Below are positions 17,985-27,987 of a stretch of DNA of 64,000 bases, one piece after another. The notes beneath the pieces were generated by a model. It was not told the origin of the DNA, did no database searches, and worked only from the letters and a program-made list of their open reading frames with translations. Where the stretch lies: assembly GCA_937922015.1 (NCBI GenBank), contig CAKZVB010000034.1, forward strand, positions 7,775 through 71,774, in the 5' to 3' direction. A program made the translations under genes and the position numbers. Numbering within the stretch: the stretch's first letter is position 1; the number at the start of each line of letters is the position of its first letter. This stretch comes from an uncultured Granulosicoccaceae bacterium (GTDB lineage: Bacteria > Pseudomonadota > Gammaproteobacteria > Granulosicoccales > Granulosicoccaceae).

Positions 17985-20759
17985 TTATCCCGCCCTCTCC
18001 ATCGCCCCGGACTTTATGGCCCGACATGCCGAAAATTTAAATTCCGGTATCTTACCGTAGGGATCAAGTGCCGGATTGGTCAGCGTGTTGGCAGCAGCCT
18101 CAACATAGGCAAAAGGCACAAAGATCATGTCTTCAGCCACTGCCCTGTCAGCTCTGGCCATAATATTTATCGCGCCACGCCGTGTTTCTATGGTGATCAT
18201 CTCACCGGGCTTGACGCCCATACGCCGCAATGTTTTCGGGTGCAATGACGCATTGGCTTCCGGCTCAGCCCAATCAAGCACTGCTGCCCGCCTGGTCATA
18301 GAACCTGTGTGCCAGTGCTCCAGTTGACGACCGGTGGTCAGGATCATCGGGTATTCATCATCCGGCACTTCTGCAGGGGCCGTGACCGACGCAGGCGTGA
18401 ATCGAGCGCGGCCTTCCGGGCGAGGAAATCCATCACCAAATACAATCGGCTGACCGGGATCCTCTGCTGATAATGAAGGATAAGTCACAGCGGTTTTTTC
18501 AAGGCGTTCCCAGGTGATGTTGTCAAACGAGTTCATCGTCATTTTCATTTCTGCAAACACTTCTTTGGGGTGCGTATAAGTCCAGTCAAGACCGATTCGC
18601 CTGGCGAGTTCTACTGTGATCCACCAGTCTTCTTTTGCCTCACCCGGTGGTGAAAGAGCAGGTCTGCCCATTTGAACTTGTCTATTGGTGTTAGTGACAG
18701 TACCGGTTTTTTCAGGCCATGCGGATGAAGGCAGAATAACATCAGCATAGTTGGCGGTTTCCGTTAAGAAGATGTCCTGCACTACCAGATGATCAAGCTT
18801 TGCCAGCGCATCACGTGCGTGTTCTACGTCAGGATCTGACATCGCAGGGTTTTCTCCCAGCACATACATACCGCGAATATCGCCATCGTGCACGGCATCC
18901 ATAATTTCAACAACAGTTAAACCCTTTTCACTGGCGATATCCTCTGAACCCCAGACTTCGTTAAACGCGCTTCGAACACCTTCGTCAGTCACCGACTGGT
19001 AGTCCGGTAAAAACATCGGGATCAAACCCGCATCTGAAGCGCCCTGTACATTGTTCTGGCCGCGTAACGGGTGCAGCCCTGAACCGGGTCTTCCCACCTG
19101 TCCGCACATCAGTGCCAGAGAGATCAGGCAACGGGAATTGTCGGTACCATGAATATGCTGTGAGATGCCCATACCCCAGAAGATCATTGCCGCTTGTGCA
19201 CCCGCAAACGTACGTGCAACCTCGCGCAGCGTGTCGGCATCTATACCACACAGATCGGCCATCTTCTCTGGTGGAAAACCAGCAAGGTGTTCTTTCATCG
19301 CAGGCCAGTTTTCAGTAAAGCCCTCAATGTATTGTTCGTCGTAGAGACCTTCTTCGACAATCACATGCATGATCGCATTAAGCATGGCGACATCGGTACC
19401 GGGACGGAACTGCAGCATGTGATCAGCGTGTCGCTTTAAGCCCTGACCGCGCGGGTCCATGACAATGAGTTTGCCACCACGTTTTGAAAATTGCTTAAAG
19501 TAAGTTGCTGCCACCGGATGGTTTTCAGTCGGATTGGCACCGATGACAATCGCCACATCTGCATTTTCGATTTCATTAAACGTTGCGGTGACCGCACCCG
19601 AGCCGACATTTTCAAGCAACGCCGCTACGGACGATGCATGACACAAACGCGTACAGTGATCGACGTTATTGTGCTGAAAACCCTGCCGGATAAATTTCTG
19701 GAACAGATAAGCTTCCTCGTTGGAGCACTTGGCAGAACCAAACCCAGCTACCCGCTTTCCGGTATCGCTGCGAAGTGTGGTCAATCCGTTTGCCGCCGCA
19801 TCAAGTGCTTCATCCCACGTGGCTTCACGAAAGTGCGTCAGCACATTGGATGGATCAACATTCAGTCCCTTGGCGGGTGCGTCATCACGTCTAATCAGTG
19901 GCTTGGTGAGTCGGTGTGGATGGGCTATGTAGTCAAAACCAAAACGACCTTTCACACACAGCCGGTTTTCATTCGACGGTCCATCAATGCCATCAACCCA
20001 GGCTATTTTTTCATCTTTAATTTTAAACGAAAGCTGACAGCCCACACCACAATACGGGCAGACACTTTTAACTTCACGATCAAACGACTGACTGTCGCCC
20101 ACGCCTTTGTCGTCAAGGACCGTTGCAGGCATTAGTGCACCGGTAGGACAAGCCTGCACACATTCACCACAAGCCACACAGGTAGAGGCCCCCATTGGAT
20201 CATCAAAGTCAAAGGTGATCTTCGCATCATGACCACGGCCTGACATACCGATAACATCATTGACCTGTACTTCACGGCAGGCTCGCACACACAAGTTGCA
20301 GTGTATACAGGCATCAAGGTTGACACTCATCGCCAGATGCGACGCATCAAGCAATGGTACACGCTCTATTTCAATAGCCGGGAAACGACTTTCAGAGACA
20401 TTCTGCAGCTTCGCCATATTCCAGAAATGCGATGATTTATCATGGGCAGAATCAGCATCCGGCTGATCAGCTACCAGCATTTCGATAACTACCTTGCGTG
20501 CTGTCACAGAGCGTTCGTTTTGCGAATTAACCACCATGCCTTCAGTTGGTGTGCGTATACACGATGCCGCAAGCACACGCTCACCTTCGATCTCCACCAT
20601 GCAGGCGCGGCAGTTGCCATCCGATCGATAACCGTGTGAATCTTTGTGGCACAAGTGAGGACTAAGAGTGCCCTGACGTTTAGCGACTTCCCAGATGGAC
20701 TCACCGTTCTGTGCTGTTACTGTTTCGCCGTCCAGAGTAAATTTTATTGAGTCTGTCAT
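17985..20759 (-). CDS. fdsA: NAD-dependent formate dehydrogenase alpha (catalytic, molybdopterin) subunit, Cys-type
   Basis: N-terminal 2Fe-2S (CHKDSHGYRSDGNCRAC), two 4Fe-4S ferredoxin motifs, the CPYCGVGC MopB cluster, and catalytic VDHCTRLCHASS with a TGT codon at 19641-19643. I prefer the ATG at 20759 (GAGG SD, 4 nt after the fdsGB stop) over the ORF-track start at 20780. Confidence 0.92.
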   Translation of the reverse strand: MTDSIKFTLDGETVTAQNGESIWEVAKRQGTLSPHLCHKDSHGYRSDGNCRACMVEIEGERVLAASCIRTPTEGMVVNSQNERSVTARKVVIEMLVADQPDADSAHDKSSHFWNMAKLQNVSESRFPAIEIERVPLLDASHLAMSVNLDACIHCNLCVRACREVQVNDVIGMSGRGHDAKITFDFDDPMGASTCVACGECVQACPTGALMPATVLDDKGVGDSQSFDREVKSVCPYCGVGCQLSFKIKDEKIAWVDGIDGPSNENRLCVKGRFGFDYIAHPHRLTKPLIRRDDAPAKGLNVDPSNVLTHFREATWDEALDAAANGLTTLRSDTGKRVAGFGSAKCSNEEAYLFQKFIRQGFQHNNVDHCTRLCHASSVAALLENVGSGAVTATFNEIENADVAIVIGANPTENHPVAATYFKQFSKRGGKLIVMDPRGQGLKRHADHMLQFRPGTDVAMLNAIMHVIVEEGLYDEQYIEGFTENWPAMKEHLAGFPPEKMADLCGIDADTLREVARTFAGAQAAMIFWGMGISQHIHGTDNSRCLISLALMCGQVGRPGSGLHPLRGQNNVQGASDAGLIPMFLPDYQSVTDEGVRSAFNEVWGSEDIASEKGLTVVEIMDAVHDGDIRGMYVLGENPAMSDPDVEHARDALAKLDHLVVQDIFLTETANYADVILPSSAWPEKTGTVTNTNRQVQMGRPALSPPGEAKEDWWITVELARRIGLDWTYTHPKEVFAEMKMTMNSFDNITWERLEKTAVTYPSLSAEDPGQPIVFGDGFPRPEGRARFTPASVTAPAEVPDDEYPMILTTGRQLEHWHTGSMTRRAAVLDWAEPEANASLHPKTLRRMGVKPGEMITIETRRGAINIMARADRAVAEDMIFVPFAYVEAAANTLTNPALDPYGKIPEFKFSACRAIKSGAMERAG

Positions 20760-20763
20760 TGAG

Positions 20764-22467
20764 CTATACCTCGTCCGCAAAGTGTTTCATGGTCAGCAAG
20801 ATAGGATTGGGAGCAGCCTGACCTAAGCCACAAATAGAGGCATCCACCATGACCTGACAAAGTTCTTCGAGCAGAGGCTTGTCCCACGACTCTTTTTCCA
20901 TCAGCTTAACGGCCTTTTCACAACCTACACGGCAGGGTGTGCACTGCCCGCAACTTTCATCTTCAAAAAATCGCAGCATGTTTAATGCGGCGTCTTTGAC
21001 ACTGTCTATATCCGACAGAACCACAATTGCCGCTGAACCGATAAAAGATCCATGCGGTTGCAGCGAGTCAAAATCCATCGGAATATCGTTCATTGATGCC
21101 GGCAACAAACCAGCCGATGGACCGCCCGGCTGATACGCCTTAAAGGTTTGCCCGTCAGGCATACCGCCACAGGCTTCTATCAGATCAGTGATCGTTGAGC
21201 CAGCCGGCAGTAAATACACACCGGGGTTTTTAACCCGCCCGGAAATCGAATAACTGCGCAAACCGGTACGACCGTTTTTCTCGGTACTGTTGAGAATTTC
21301 AGGTCCCTCGCGACAAACTCTGGCAACCCAATGCAGTGTTTCAACGTTGTGAACCAGTGTCGGCCGCCCGAAGATACCAACCTGTGCTACGTAAGGTGGA
21401 CGATGACGTGGTAGCCCACGCTTACCTTCGATTGATTCGATCATGGCGCTTTCTTCACCACAGATATAAGCGCCGGCACCACGACGAAGCTCTATGTAGC
21501 CTTCTTCAACTATACCGGCGGATTCAAGTGCGGCAATTTCTGTGTGAAGAATATGCAGGACTGCCGGATATTCATCGCGCATGTAGATGTAACACCGACT
21601 GGCATCAACCGCCCAGGCGGCAATCAGCATACCCTCTAAAAACAAATGCGGTGTGCGCTCCAGATAGTATCGGTCTTTAAACGTTCCGGGCTCGCCTTCA
21701 TCGCCATTGACCGCCAGATAACGCGGACCGGGTTCTGCACGAACGAAGGACCATTTTTTACCTGACGGAAAGCCTGCGCCACCGAGGCCACGAAGACCGG
21801 ATGAGTTGACCAGATCCTGAACCTCGTCTGCGGTTAGTTTTCCGCCGCGCAATGCGTCGAGCTCTGTATAGCCACCTGCACTTTTGTACGACTCATAATT
21901 CTCATAGTCGGGAATATGTGCGTGAGTGTCGTCTGCCTGCAGCGCTTTATCGACAAGTTCGACAGTTGCGTTATCGATATGCTTGTGACCGATCTCCAGC
22001 ACCGGCGCGGTATCGCAGCGTCCCATGCACGGCGCACGCAACACACGTACCTGCGAGGGATCAGTGCCTTCTTTTAGCTTGCTCAGTAACTGCTGCGCGC
22101 CGGCCAGCTCACACGCCAGAGAATCACAAACTCTGATAGTTGTGGCAACAGGTGGCGCGTCACCTTCCGGAACGACATCAAAGTGGGCGTAGAAAGTAGC
22201 CACTTCATGTACTTCGGCCTGCGACAGGCGCATTTCTTCAGCCAGAGCATAAAGATGATCTGCTGAAAGGTGACCGTATTTATCTTGTATAAGGTGCAGA
22301 TGTTCGATCAACAAATCAGCACTTCTGGGACGATCACCCAGCAATACCCGAACCTCGGCCTGGGCCGTCTCGTTCAGTTGGCGGCCCTTGGGAGTCGAAC
22401 GCCCTTTTCCGCGTCCGGATTTCCAAATGCCCGGTTTTAATTCTGCCACTACCATTCGCTGCTCCAA
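20764..22467 (-). CDS. fdsB: Formate dehydrogenase diaphorase subunit: fused NuoE-like (FdsG) and NuoF-like (FdsB) domains
   Basis: 567 aa. The N-terminal ~170 aa are NuoE/thioredoxin-like 2Fe-2S (CDSLAC...CMGRCDTAP). The rest is NuoF-like (GLRGLGGAGFPSGKKW, ESCGQCTPCR). Confidence 0.88.
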   Translation of the reverse strand: MEQRMVVAELKPGIWKSGRGKGRSTPKGRQLNETAQAEVRVLLGDRPRSADLLIEHLHLIQDKYGHLSADHLYALAEEMRLSQAEVHEVATFYAHFDVVPEGDAPPVATTIRVCDSLACELAGAQQLLSKLKEGTDPSQVRVLRAPCMGRCDTAPVLEIGHKHIDNATVELVDKALQADDTHAHIPDYENYESYKSAGGYTELDALRGGKLTADEVQDLVNSSGLRGLGGAGFPSGKKWSFVRAEPGPRYLAVNGDEGEPGTFKDRYYLERTPHLFLEGMLIAAWAVDASRCYIYMRDEYPAVLHILHTEIAALESAGIVEEGYIELRRGAGAYICGEESAMIESIEGKRGLPRHRPPYVAQVGIFGRPTLVHNVETLHWVARVCREGPEILNSTEKNGRTGLRSYSISGRVKNPGVYLLPAGSTITDLIEACGGMPDGQTFKAYQPGGPSAGLLPASMNDIPMDFDSLQPHGSFIGSAAIVVLSDIDSVKDAALNMLRFFEDESCGQCTPCRVGCEKAVKLMEKESWDKPLLEELCQVMVDASICGLGQAAPNPILLTMKHFADEV

Positions 22468-22607
22468 CGCGCCCTTAAAACTAGGTTGACTAATCTCGTG
22501 AACCCGCTATCACACCTTAGTCTGATGGCAAACTCAAGTCACTTTATTGGATTGAGCGATTTGATTTCCTTATGACGTGGATCCCGCGCAATACGCCTTC
22601 ACTTGCA

Positions 22608-23498
22608 TCACACCAGCCCCAGAGCGCCACGCAACGCAGCTATGGCAGGCAGACTTGTTTCCTGATCCGGTGTTGCCAGCCCGATGGTGTTCTGAATGAC
22701 AGGATCGATCAGACTCAGGCTGATAGAATTTTCATCGAGAAAAAGACTATCGCCAAGCTCCTGCGGCGCAATGGTGGCCGCTGAACCGTTGTTCACCTGC
22801 GCCAGTGCGGCGGTAAACGCATTGGTTTCCATCACTGGCTCCGGGGTCACACCAACACGCTGAAAGACATCGTCTACAATACGCCTGAAACGCATGTCCC
22901 GGCTCAATAGACACAGTGGTAGCGCTGCCGCCTCGGTCCATGTCGCCGCGCCTTCATTTCTGGGTGCCAGACGCGTCGGGGACAACAGCACATAGTGCTC
23001 GTCGTAAATGGGTTCGAATCGGAGCAGACCCAATTCGTTTTCGTCTTTATAGGTGATACCGGCATTTAGTGAGAAGTCACTGATACCTCGCACTATCTGC
23101 GAAGACGTCAATGCCTGAATCTGAATCATGAGTTGTCCGTAGCTCAACCTCAACCGGGCCGCTATCGACGCTGCGTAGGGCAACGCGGTGGGCACTACGC
23201 CGAGCGCCAGCACTCCGCTAAGTGTGCCCTTGGATACTTCGATATCCTGACGCAAACCTTCTGCACTTACCAACATTTCACGAGCCCATTTAAGCACCAG
23301 CTCGCCATCTTTGGTAAAACCCAGAAACTTGTTACCCCGACTGACTATCGGTACCCCCAGTTCTTTTTCCAGCGCCCTTATGCGCGCAGAAAAAGCAGGC
23401 TGTGAAATGCCGCAGTCTGAAGCCGCCTGCGTGAAGTGCTTGTGGTGAGCCAGCGCCAGCAGCAGCTGTAAATCCCGTATATCCGGATATCGATCCAT
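22608..23498 (-). CDS. LysR-family transcriptional regulator
   Basis: 296 aa. N-terminal wHTH (LQLLLALAHHKHFTQAASDCGISQPAFSARIRALEKELG) plus a LysR substrate-binding domain, directly upstream of the fds genes. Confidence 0.88.
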   Translation of the reverse strand: MDRYPDIRDLQLLLALAHHKHFTQAASDCGISQPAFSARIRALEKELGVPIVSRGNKFLGFTKDGELVLKWAREMLVSAEGLRQDIEVSKGTLSGVLALGVVPTALPYAASIAARLRLSYGQLMIQIQALTSSQIVRGISDFSLNAGITYKDENELGLLRFEPIYDEHYVLLSPTRLAPRNEGAATWTEAAALPLCLLSRDMRFRRIVDDVFQRVGVTPEPVMETNAFTAALAQVNNGSAATIAPQELGDSLFLDENSISLSLIDPVIQNTIGLATPDQETSLPAIAALRGALGLV

Positions 23499-23515
23499 TT
23501 CACTGAGACACCTGA

Positions 23516-24496
23516 TTACACATCCAAAACAATTTTCCCGAAGTGACTACCCTGCTCCATTGCACGGTGCGCAGCTGCCGCCTGTGCCAGCGGGAAAACA
23601 TCAGAAATTAACGGCGTTATCTTGCCGGAGGCAAATAATGGCATCACGGTTTTATTAAAATCGGCAATGATTTCTGCCTTTTCTGTGACAGGTCTTGAGC
23701 GCAATACAGAGCCGATAATTTTTTGCCGCTTCACCATCATTAACGCAATGTTGAGCTCAGACTTTATTCCACCCATTATCCCGATCACCACCAGCCGGCC
23801 GCTCAACGCCAGACTTTTCATGTTATCTGCAAGGTACGCAGCACCTATATGATCGAGTATGACGTTAACACCCTTGCCTTTGGTGATCGTTTTTATTTCG
23901 TCAGCAAACGACTGCGTTTTATAATCGATAACATGGTGAGCCCCCAGTTTTCGCACACGATCAACCTTGCCGGTTGATGCGGTGACGACAATAGTAGCTT
24001 GCGGCAACAGTGTCTGGACCAGCTGTATTGCAGCAGTATTCACACCGCCACCGCCACCATGTAAAAGGATTACATCTGCAGGGCCGGGCTCACCCAACAC
24101 AAAGGTATTGAGATACGCCGTTATATAAGTTTCACAAATACAGGCGGCTTGTTGAAAGGAAAGGTTATCGGGTATTTTCATTACATGCCCGGCGTAGGCC
24201 ACGGCATACTCTGCGTAACCACCGCCGCCTACCAGCGCAAACACCCGTTCACCAGCGACCAGGCTGTCAACCCCGTCGCCGACCGATTCGACGATACCGG
24301 CGACTTCGAGTCCTAATATTTCCGAGTCTCCTTTTGGCGGAGGGTAGTTACCCTGTCGCTGGATAATGTCGGGGCGATTAACTGAAGTCGCCGCCACTTT
24401 AATCAGCACCTGGCCGGGGCCGGCGACTGGCGTTTCAGTTTCACCCAATGCCAGATTCTCAGCACCGCCAAATTCGCTCAGCAAAATAGCCTTCAT
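23516..24496 (-). CDS. NAD(P)H:quinone oxidoreductase (zeta-crystallin/PIG3-type medium-chain dehydrogenase)
   Basis: MKAILLSEFGGAENLALGETETPVAGPGQVLIKVAATSVNRPD... and LLHGGGGGVNTAAIQL. The ORF-track start at 24658 adds 54 non-homologous residues, so I prefer the ATG at 24496. Confidence 0.82.
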   Translation of the reverse strand: MKAILLSEFGGAENLALGETETPVAGPGQVLIKVAATSVNRPDIIQRQGNYPPPKGDSEILGLEVAGIVESVGDGVDSLVAGERVFALVGGGGYAEYAVAYAGHVMKIPDNLSFQQAACICETYITAYLNTFVLGEPGPADVILLHGGGGGVNTAAIQLVQTLLPQATIVVTASTGKVDRVRKLGAHHVIDYKTQSFADEIKTITKGKGVNVILDHIGAAYLADNMKSLALSGRLVVIGIMGGIKSELNIALMMVKRQKIIGSVLRSRPVTEKAEIIADFNKTVMPLFASGKITPLISDVFPLAQAAAAHRAMEQGSHFGKIVLDV

Positions 24497-25071
24497 CACG
24501 ATAAAGCCCGCCAATGAGTTTCGATAAGCCGGGTTTCTACCGCCAGTGGTCTGTTGACTAAAAGAGGTGGTCTGATTTTCATAGTTGGTCCTGATCAAAC
24601 ATACAGATTCGGTACCTGAAATTCTCAGGCCCGATACATGACCAATTTTGACAGACACTGCTGTTTCAATCGGACAATCTGCGGAGTTATAAGTTAACTT
24701 GCACTATACAAGCACCACACTAGTGTACTGCAACGTGCAAAAGTTATGAAAGAGAGTTTGTCATTTGGTTTGCAGCAGGACGAAGCTCGCAGGCAATGCC
24801 CCCCTTTCAAGAGCTTCAACGCTTCTGCAGGCCAAATACCGGGCGTCCGAAGCGGCATACAATCAAAAAAATAAGATAAACCGCCCGATATTTACGGTGT
24901 TCGGCATCTTAAACCTATATTCCAGGCGCAGTTTGATTGTTCGACTCATTTATGAGTTTTGTACGCTGCGGTACACTGGCAACCGCCATGTGCCTCCTAA
25001 TCCAACCGGACACCATTCAGACAACACGATTTACCTGATATGCTGGACGCCATATCGCCACCGGAGCTTAA

Positions 25072-26328
25072 ATGACACACGAACTACTACTGGGATGCAT
25101 CGCAGACGATTTCACTGGGGCCAGTGACCTTGCCAATACGCTGGCTGGTGAAGGCATGTGCACCACTCAATACATCGATATCCCGCAGGACGACCAGCCA
25201 TGCGATTGTGAAGCGGCTGTGATCGCGCTAAAAAGTCGCTCTATTGACGCCACCGAGGCTGTCGAACAGTCTTTACAGGCACTACGATGGCTGCGGGCCC
25301 GGGGCGCCAGTCAATTTCTGTTTAAATACTGCTCGACTTTTGATTCCACCCCGGCCGGCAATATCGGCCCTGTCGCAGAGGCACTGGCCAAAGAACTTAA
25401 CACCAGTGCCGTGGTTGTCTGCCCGGCATTTCCAACCACCGGTCGCACTGTCTACCAGGGTCATTTGTTTGTTTTCGATAAGCTGCTCAATGAGTCAGGC
25501 CTGGAAAATCACCCGCTAAATCCGATGACTGACGCTGATCTGCGGCGCTGGCTATCACCGCAGACTACACAACCGATCGGTCATATAGCTCAGGCAGTTG
25601 TCAATGAAGGGGCCGCCGCCATCAAACGCGCACTCGCACAGGCTGCCGACCGCGGCGAAACTCTGGTAGTAGTTGATGCAACAGACGATCAGGATCTGCG
25701 CAGCATTGGCAAGGCCTGTATCAATGCAAAGCTACTGACCGGCGGCTCAGGCATTGCACTGGGACTTCCGGACAACTTTAAGCAACAGGGAAAACTGGGT
25801 AACGGCAGCAGCGGCTTTGAACCACAAAATGGAAACGCCGTCATACTGTGTGGCAGTTGCTCAGAAACTACACGTGCGCAAATTAAAGCCTACACACAAG
25901 GGCCGCAAATTGAACTTGATGTAGAAGCTCTGTTGAAAGGCGAAGATTGCGTTACAGATGTGATGGGTAAGTTAGCCGGTGATAAAACAGCTCTGATTTT
26001 CTCTTCAGCGGATCCTGCAACAGTTAAACAACTGCAGGCTTCACACGGTGCCGATGTGGTAGCTCACGCCGTCGAGGGTTTCTTTGCAAGGCTTGCAGCG
26101 ACACTTGTTGATCATGGAACCAACAGATTGGTGGTGGCTGGTGGTGAGACCTCCGGTGCTGTAATCAGCGCGTTAAAACTCAACGCTTTTAATATCGGAC
26201 CGGAAATTGACCCTGGAGTACCAGCGCTGAGCACAATCGGTAAACCATCACTGGCGGTGGCACTAAAGTCCGGAAACTTTGGCAGCCTTGATTTTTTTAA
26301 TAAAGCACTGCAAGCACTGTCCATTTAA
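25072..26328 (+). CDS. otnK: Four-carbon acid-sugar kinase (3-oxo-tetronate kinase, DUF1537 family)
   Basis: 418 aa. The N-terminal LGCIADDFTGASDLANTL signature of the DUF1537 kinase family, with a GGAG SD upstream. Confidence 0.82.
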   Translation: MTHELLLGCIADDFTGASDLANTLAGEGMCTTQYIDIPQDDQPCDCEAAVIALKSRSIDATEAVEQSLQALRWLRARGASQFLFKYCSTFDSTPAGNIGPVAEALAKELNTSAVVVCPAFPTTGRTVYQGHLFVFDKLLNESGLENHPLNPMTDADLRRWLSPQTTQPIGHIAQAVVNEGAAAIKRALAQAADRGETLVVVDATDDQDLRSIGKACINAKLLTGGSGIALGLPDNFKQQGKLGNGSSGFEPQNGNAVILCGSCSETTRAQIKAYTQGPQIELDVEALLKGEDCVTDVMGKLAGDKTALIFSSADPATVKQLQASHGADVVAHAVEGFFARLAATLVDHGTNRLVVAGGETSGAVISALKLNAFNIGPEIDPGVPALSTIGKPSLAVALKSGNFGSLDFFNKALQALSI

Positions 26329-26374
26329 ATTCAATTGAAAACGTACAACGAGAAATCAGGCGACTTCACACAGT

Positions 26375-26998
26375 ATGGACGAAACTAAACTACGGGACGA
26401 CATATGTCGTTTCGGCAAATCCATGTTCGACCGTGGTCTGACCATGGGCAGTACTGGTAATATCAGCGTCAGACTTGACGACGGCTGGCTGGTCACCCCG
26501 ACCAATGCCTCGCTGGGGAACCTCGAACCAGACCGCCTGAGCAAACTTGATATCAATGGTCAGCTGGTGTCCGGTGACAAGCCCACAAAAGAAGTCCCCC
26601 TGCACACCGCCATGTACGATACGGTAAAAAACAGCGGTGCTGTAGTACATCTTCACTCAACCCATTCTGTGGCGATCTCCATGTTGCCCGGCACTAACCC
26701 GCAAGACGCACTGCCACCATTAACCGCCTACTATGTTATGCGTGTAGGGCGTACCGCACTAATTCCCTACCATAGACCCGGCGATCCCGTAATAGGAGAC
26801 GCGATCAGAGGCCTGGCTGGCAAATACACCTCCGTTCTGCTGGCTAATCACGGGCCGGTTATGGCTGGCAAGTCATTGGAGGCTGCGGTATACGCCACAG
26901 AAGAACTGGAAGAAACTTCCAAGCTACATTTGTTAACACTTGGCCTGAACCCGCGAGTGCTAACCGATGATCAAATATCAGCATTGACTAAAATCTAA
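26375..26998 (+). CDS. otnC: Class II aldolase/adducin-family protein (3-oxo-tetronate 4-phosphate decarboxylase-like)
   Basis: 207 aa. GSTGNISVRL, HLHSTHSVA and ANHGPVMAGKSLEAA are class II aldolase motifs. The position after otnK matches the published otn operons. Confidence 0.8.
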   Translation: MDETKLRDDICRFGKSMFDRGLTMGSTGNISVRLDDGWLVTPTNASLGNLEPDRLSKLDINGQLVSGDKPTKEVPLHTAMYDTVKNSGAVVHLHSTHSVAISMLPGTNPQDALPPLTAYYVMRVGRTALIPYHRPGDPVIGDAIRGLAGKYTSVLLANHGPVMAGKSLEAAVYATEELEETSKLHLLTLGLNPRVLTDDQISALTKI

Positions 26999-27022
26999 AT
27001 GCACCGAACTTCCGGAAAACAG

Positions 27023-27805
27023 ATGACCCTATTCGCCGCCAATTTATCGATGATGTTCACTGAACACGATTTCCTCAATCGCTTTGAAGCCGCAGCAAAG
27101 GCAGGCTTTAGCGCTGTCGAATATCTTTTCCCCTACGACTATCCCGCCGCGGAGCTGGCAGACTTATTAAAAAAACATAATCTGCAGCAAGTGCTGTTCA
27201 ACACACCGCCCGGCGACTGGGAATCCGGCGAACGCGGACTGGCAAGTCTGCCCGGCCGCGAACAGGAATTTAGAGACGGCGTGGCCAAAGCGATAGAATA
27301 CGCAAAAACTCTCAGTTGCCCCAGAATTCACGCCATGTCGGGCTTGCTTGCTGACCAGAATGACAAACAACAGCACACTGAGGTCTATCTTGAAAATCTA
27401 CAACATGCATACGCACTTTGCAGTGCCGATAAGATTGACCTGCTAATTGAACCGATAAATCCAATTAATATGCCCGGGTACTTTCTTAACGACTTTCAAC
27501 AGGCCTGCAACATTCTGGACACGCTACACGCGATGGACGTAAAGGCAGGGTTGCAATTTGATATTTTTCACTGTCAACGAATTCACGGTGAAGTGCCAGC
27601 ATGGATTGAAACCTGCAAGCCCTACATCAAACACTTTCAAATCGCCGGTGTTCCGGAAAGGCACGAACCAGATGTGGGCGACCTTCCATACCGAGAAATA
27701 TTAGCAACTGCAGCACAACATGGTTTTGCCGAACTGGCGGTCGGTTGCGAATATATTCCCGCAGCACGCACCGAAGATGGACTGGGCTGGTTGAAGGATG
27801 TTTAG
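27023..27805 (+). CDS. otnI: Hydroxypyruvate isomerase-family TIM-barrel (2-oxo-tetronate isomerase-like)
   Basis: MTLFAANLSMMFTEHDFLNRFEAAAKAGFSAVEYLFPY matches the Hyi/OtnI N-terminus. An alternative ATG at 26999 abuts the otnC stop. Confidence 0.8.
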   Translation: MTLFAANLSMMFTEHDFLNRFEAAAKAGFSAVEYLFPYDYPAAELADLLKKHNLQQVLFNTPPGDWESGERGLASLPGREQEFRDGVAKAIEYAKTLSCPRIHAMSGLLADQNDKQQHTEVYLENLQHAYALCSADKIDLLIEPINPINMPGYFLNDFQQACNILDTLHAMDVKAGLQFDIFHCQRIHGEVPAWIETCKPYIKHFQIAGVPERHEPDVGDLPYREILATAAQHGFAELAVGCEYIPAARTEDGLGWLKDV

Positions 27806-27987
27806 CAGTTTGCGTCGGTAGAAATCAGCGTGGCGGGACGTTTTACGATCAATTATTAAGTCCGAACGTCGTTATTCCTGAAGTTGAATTTTTATAACAG
27901 ATGCAGGTTGGTCAAGAACTCTATACAGGTAGTCTGTATTCTAATTTTTGCGACCTCTGCGCAACAAGCCGTGTAATTGAGTTACCC

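Noticed and set aside
19641-19643. I expected the formate dehydrogenase alpha subunit to be the local selenoprotein.
   Set aside because: The ORF is uninterrupted and the catalytic position in VDHCTRLCHASS is encoded by TGT (Cys), not TGA.
24765-25127. Intergenic ORFs with no family resemblance: 24765..25127(+), 46715..46969(+), 50658..50846(-), 50701..51069(+), 36319..36555(+), 37401..37739(-), 40209..40566(-) and 45147..45368(+).
   Set aside because: They have no SD or start context, low-complexity or Arg/Pro-rich translations, and overlap better-supported genes or regulatory regions. I treat them as non-coding.
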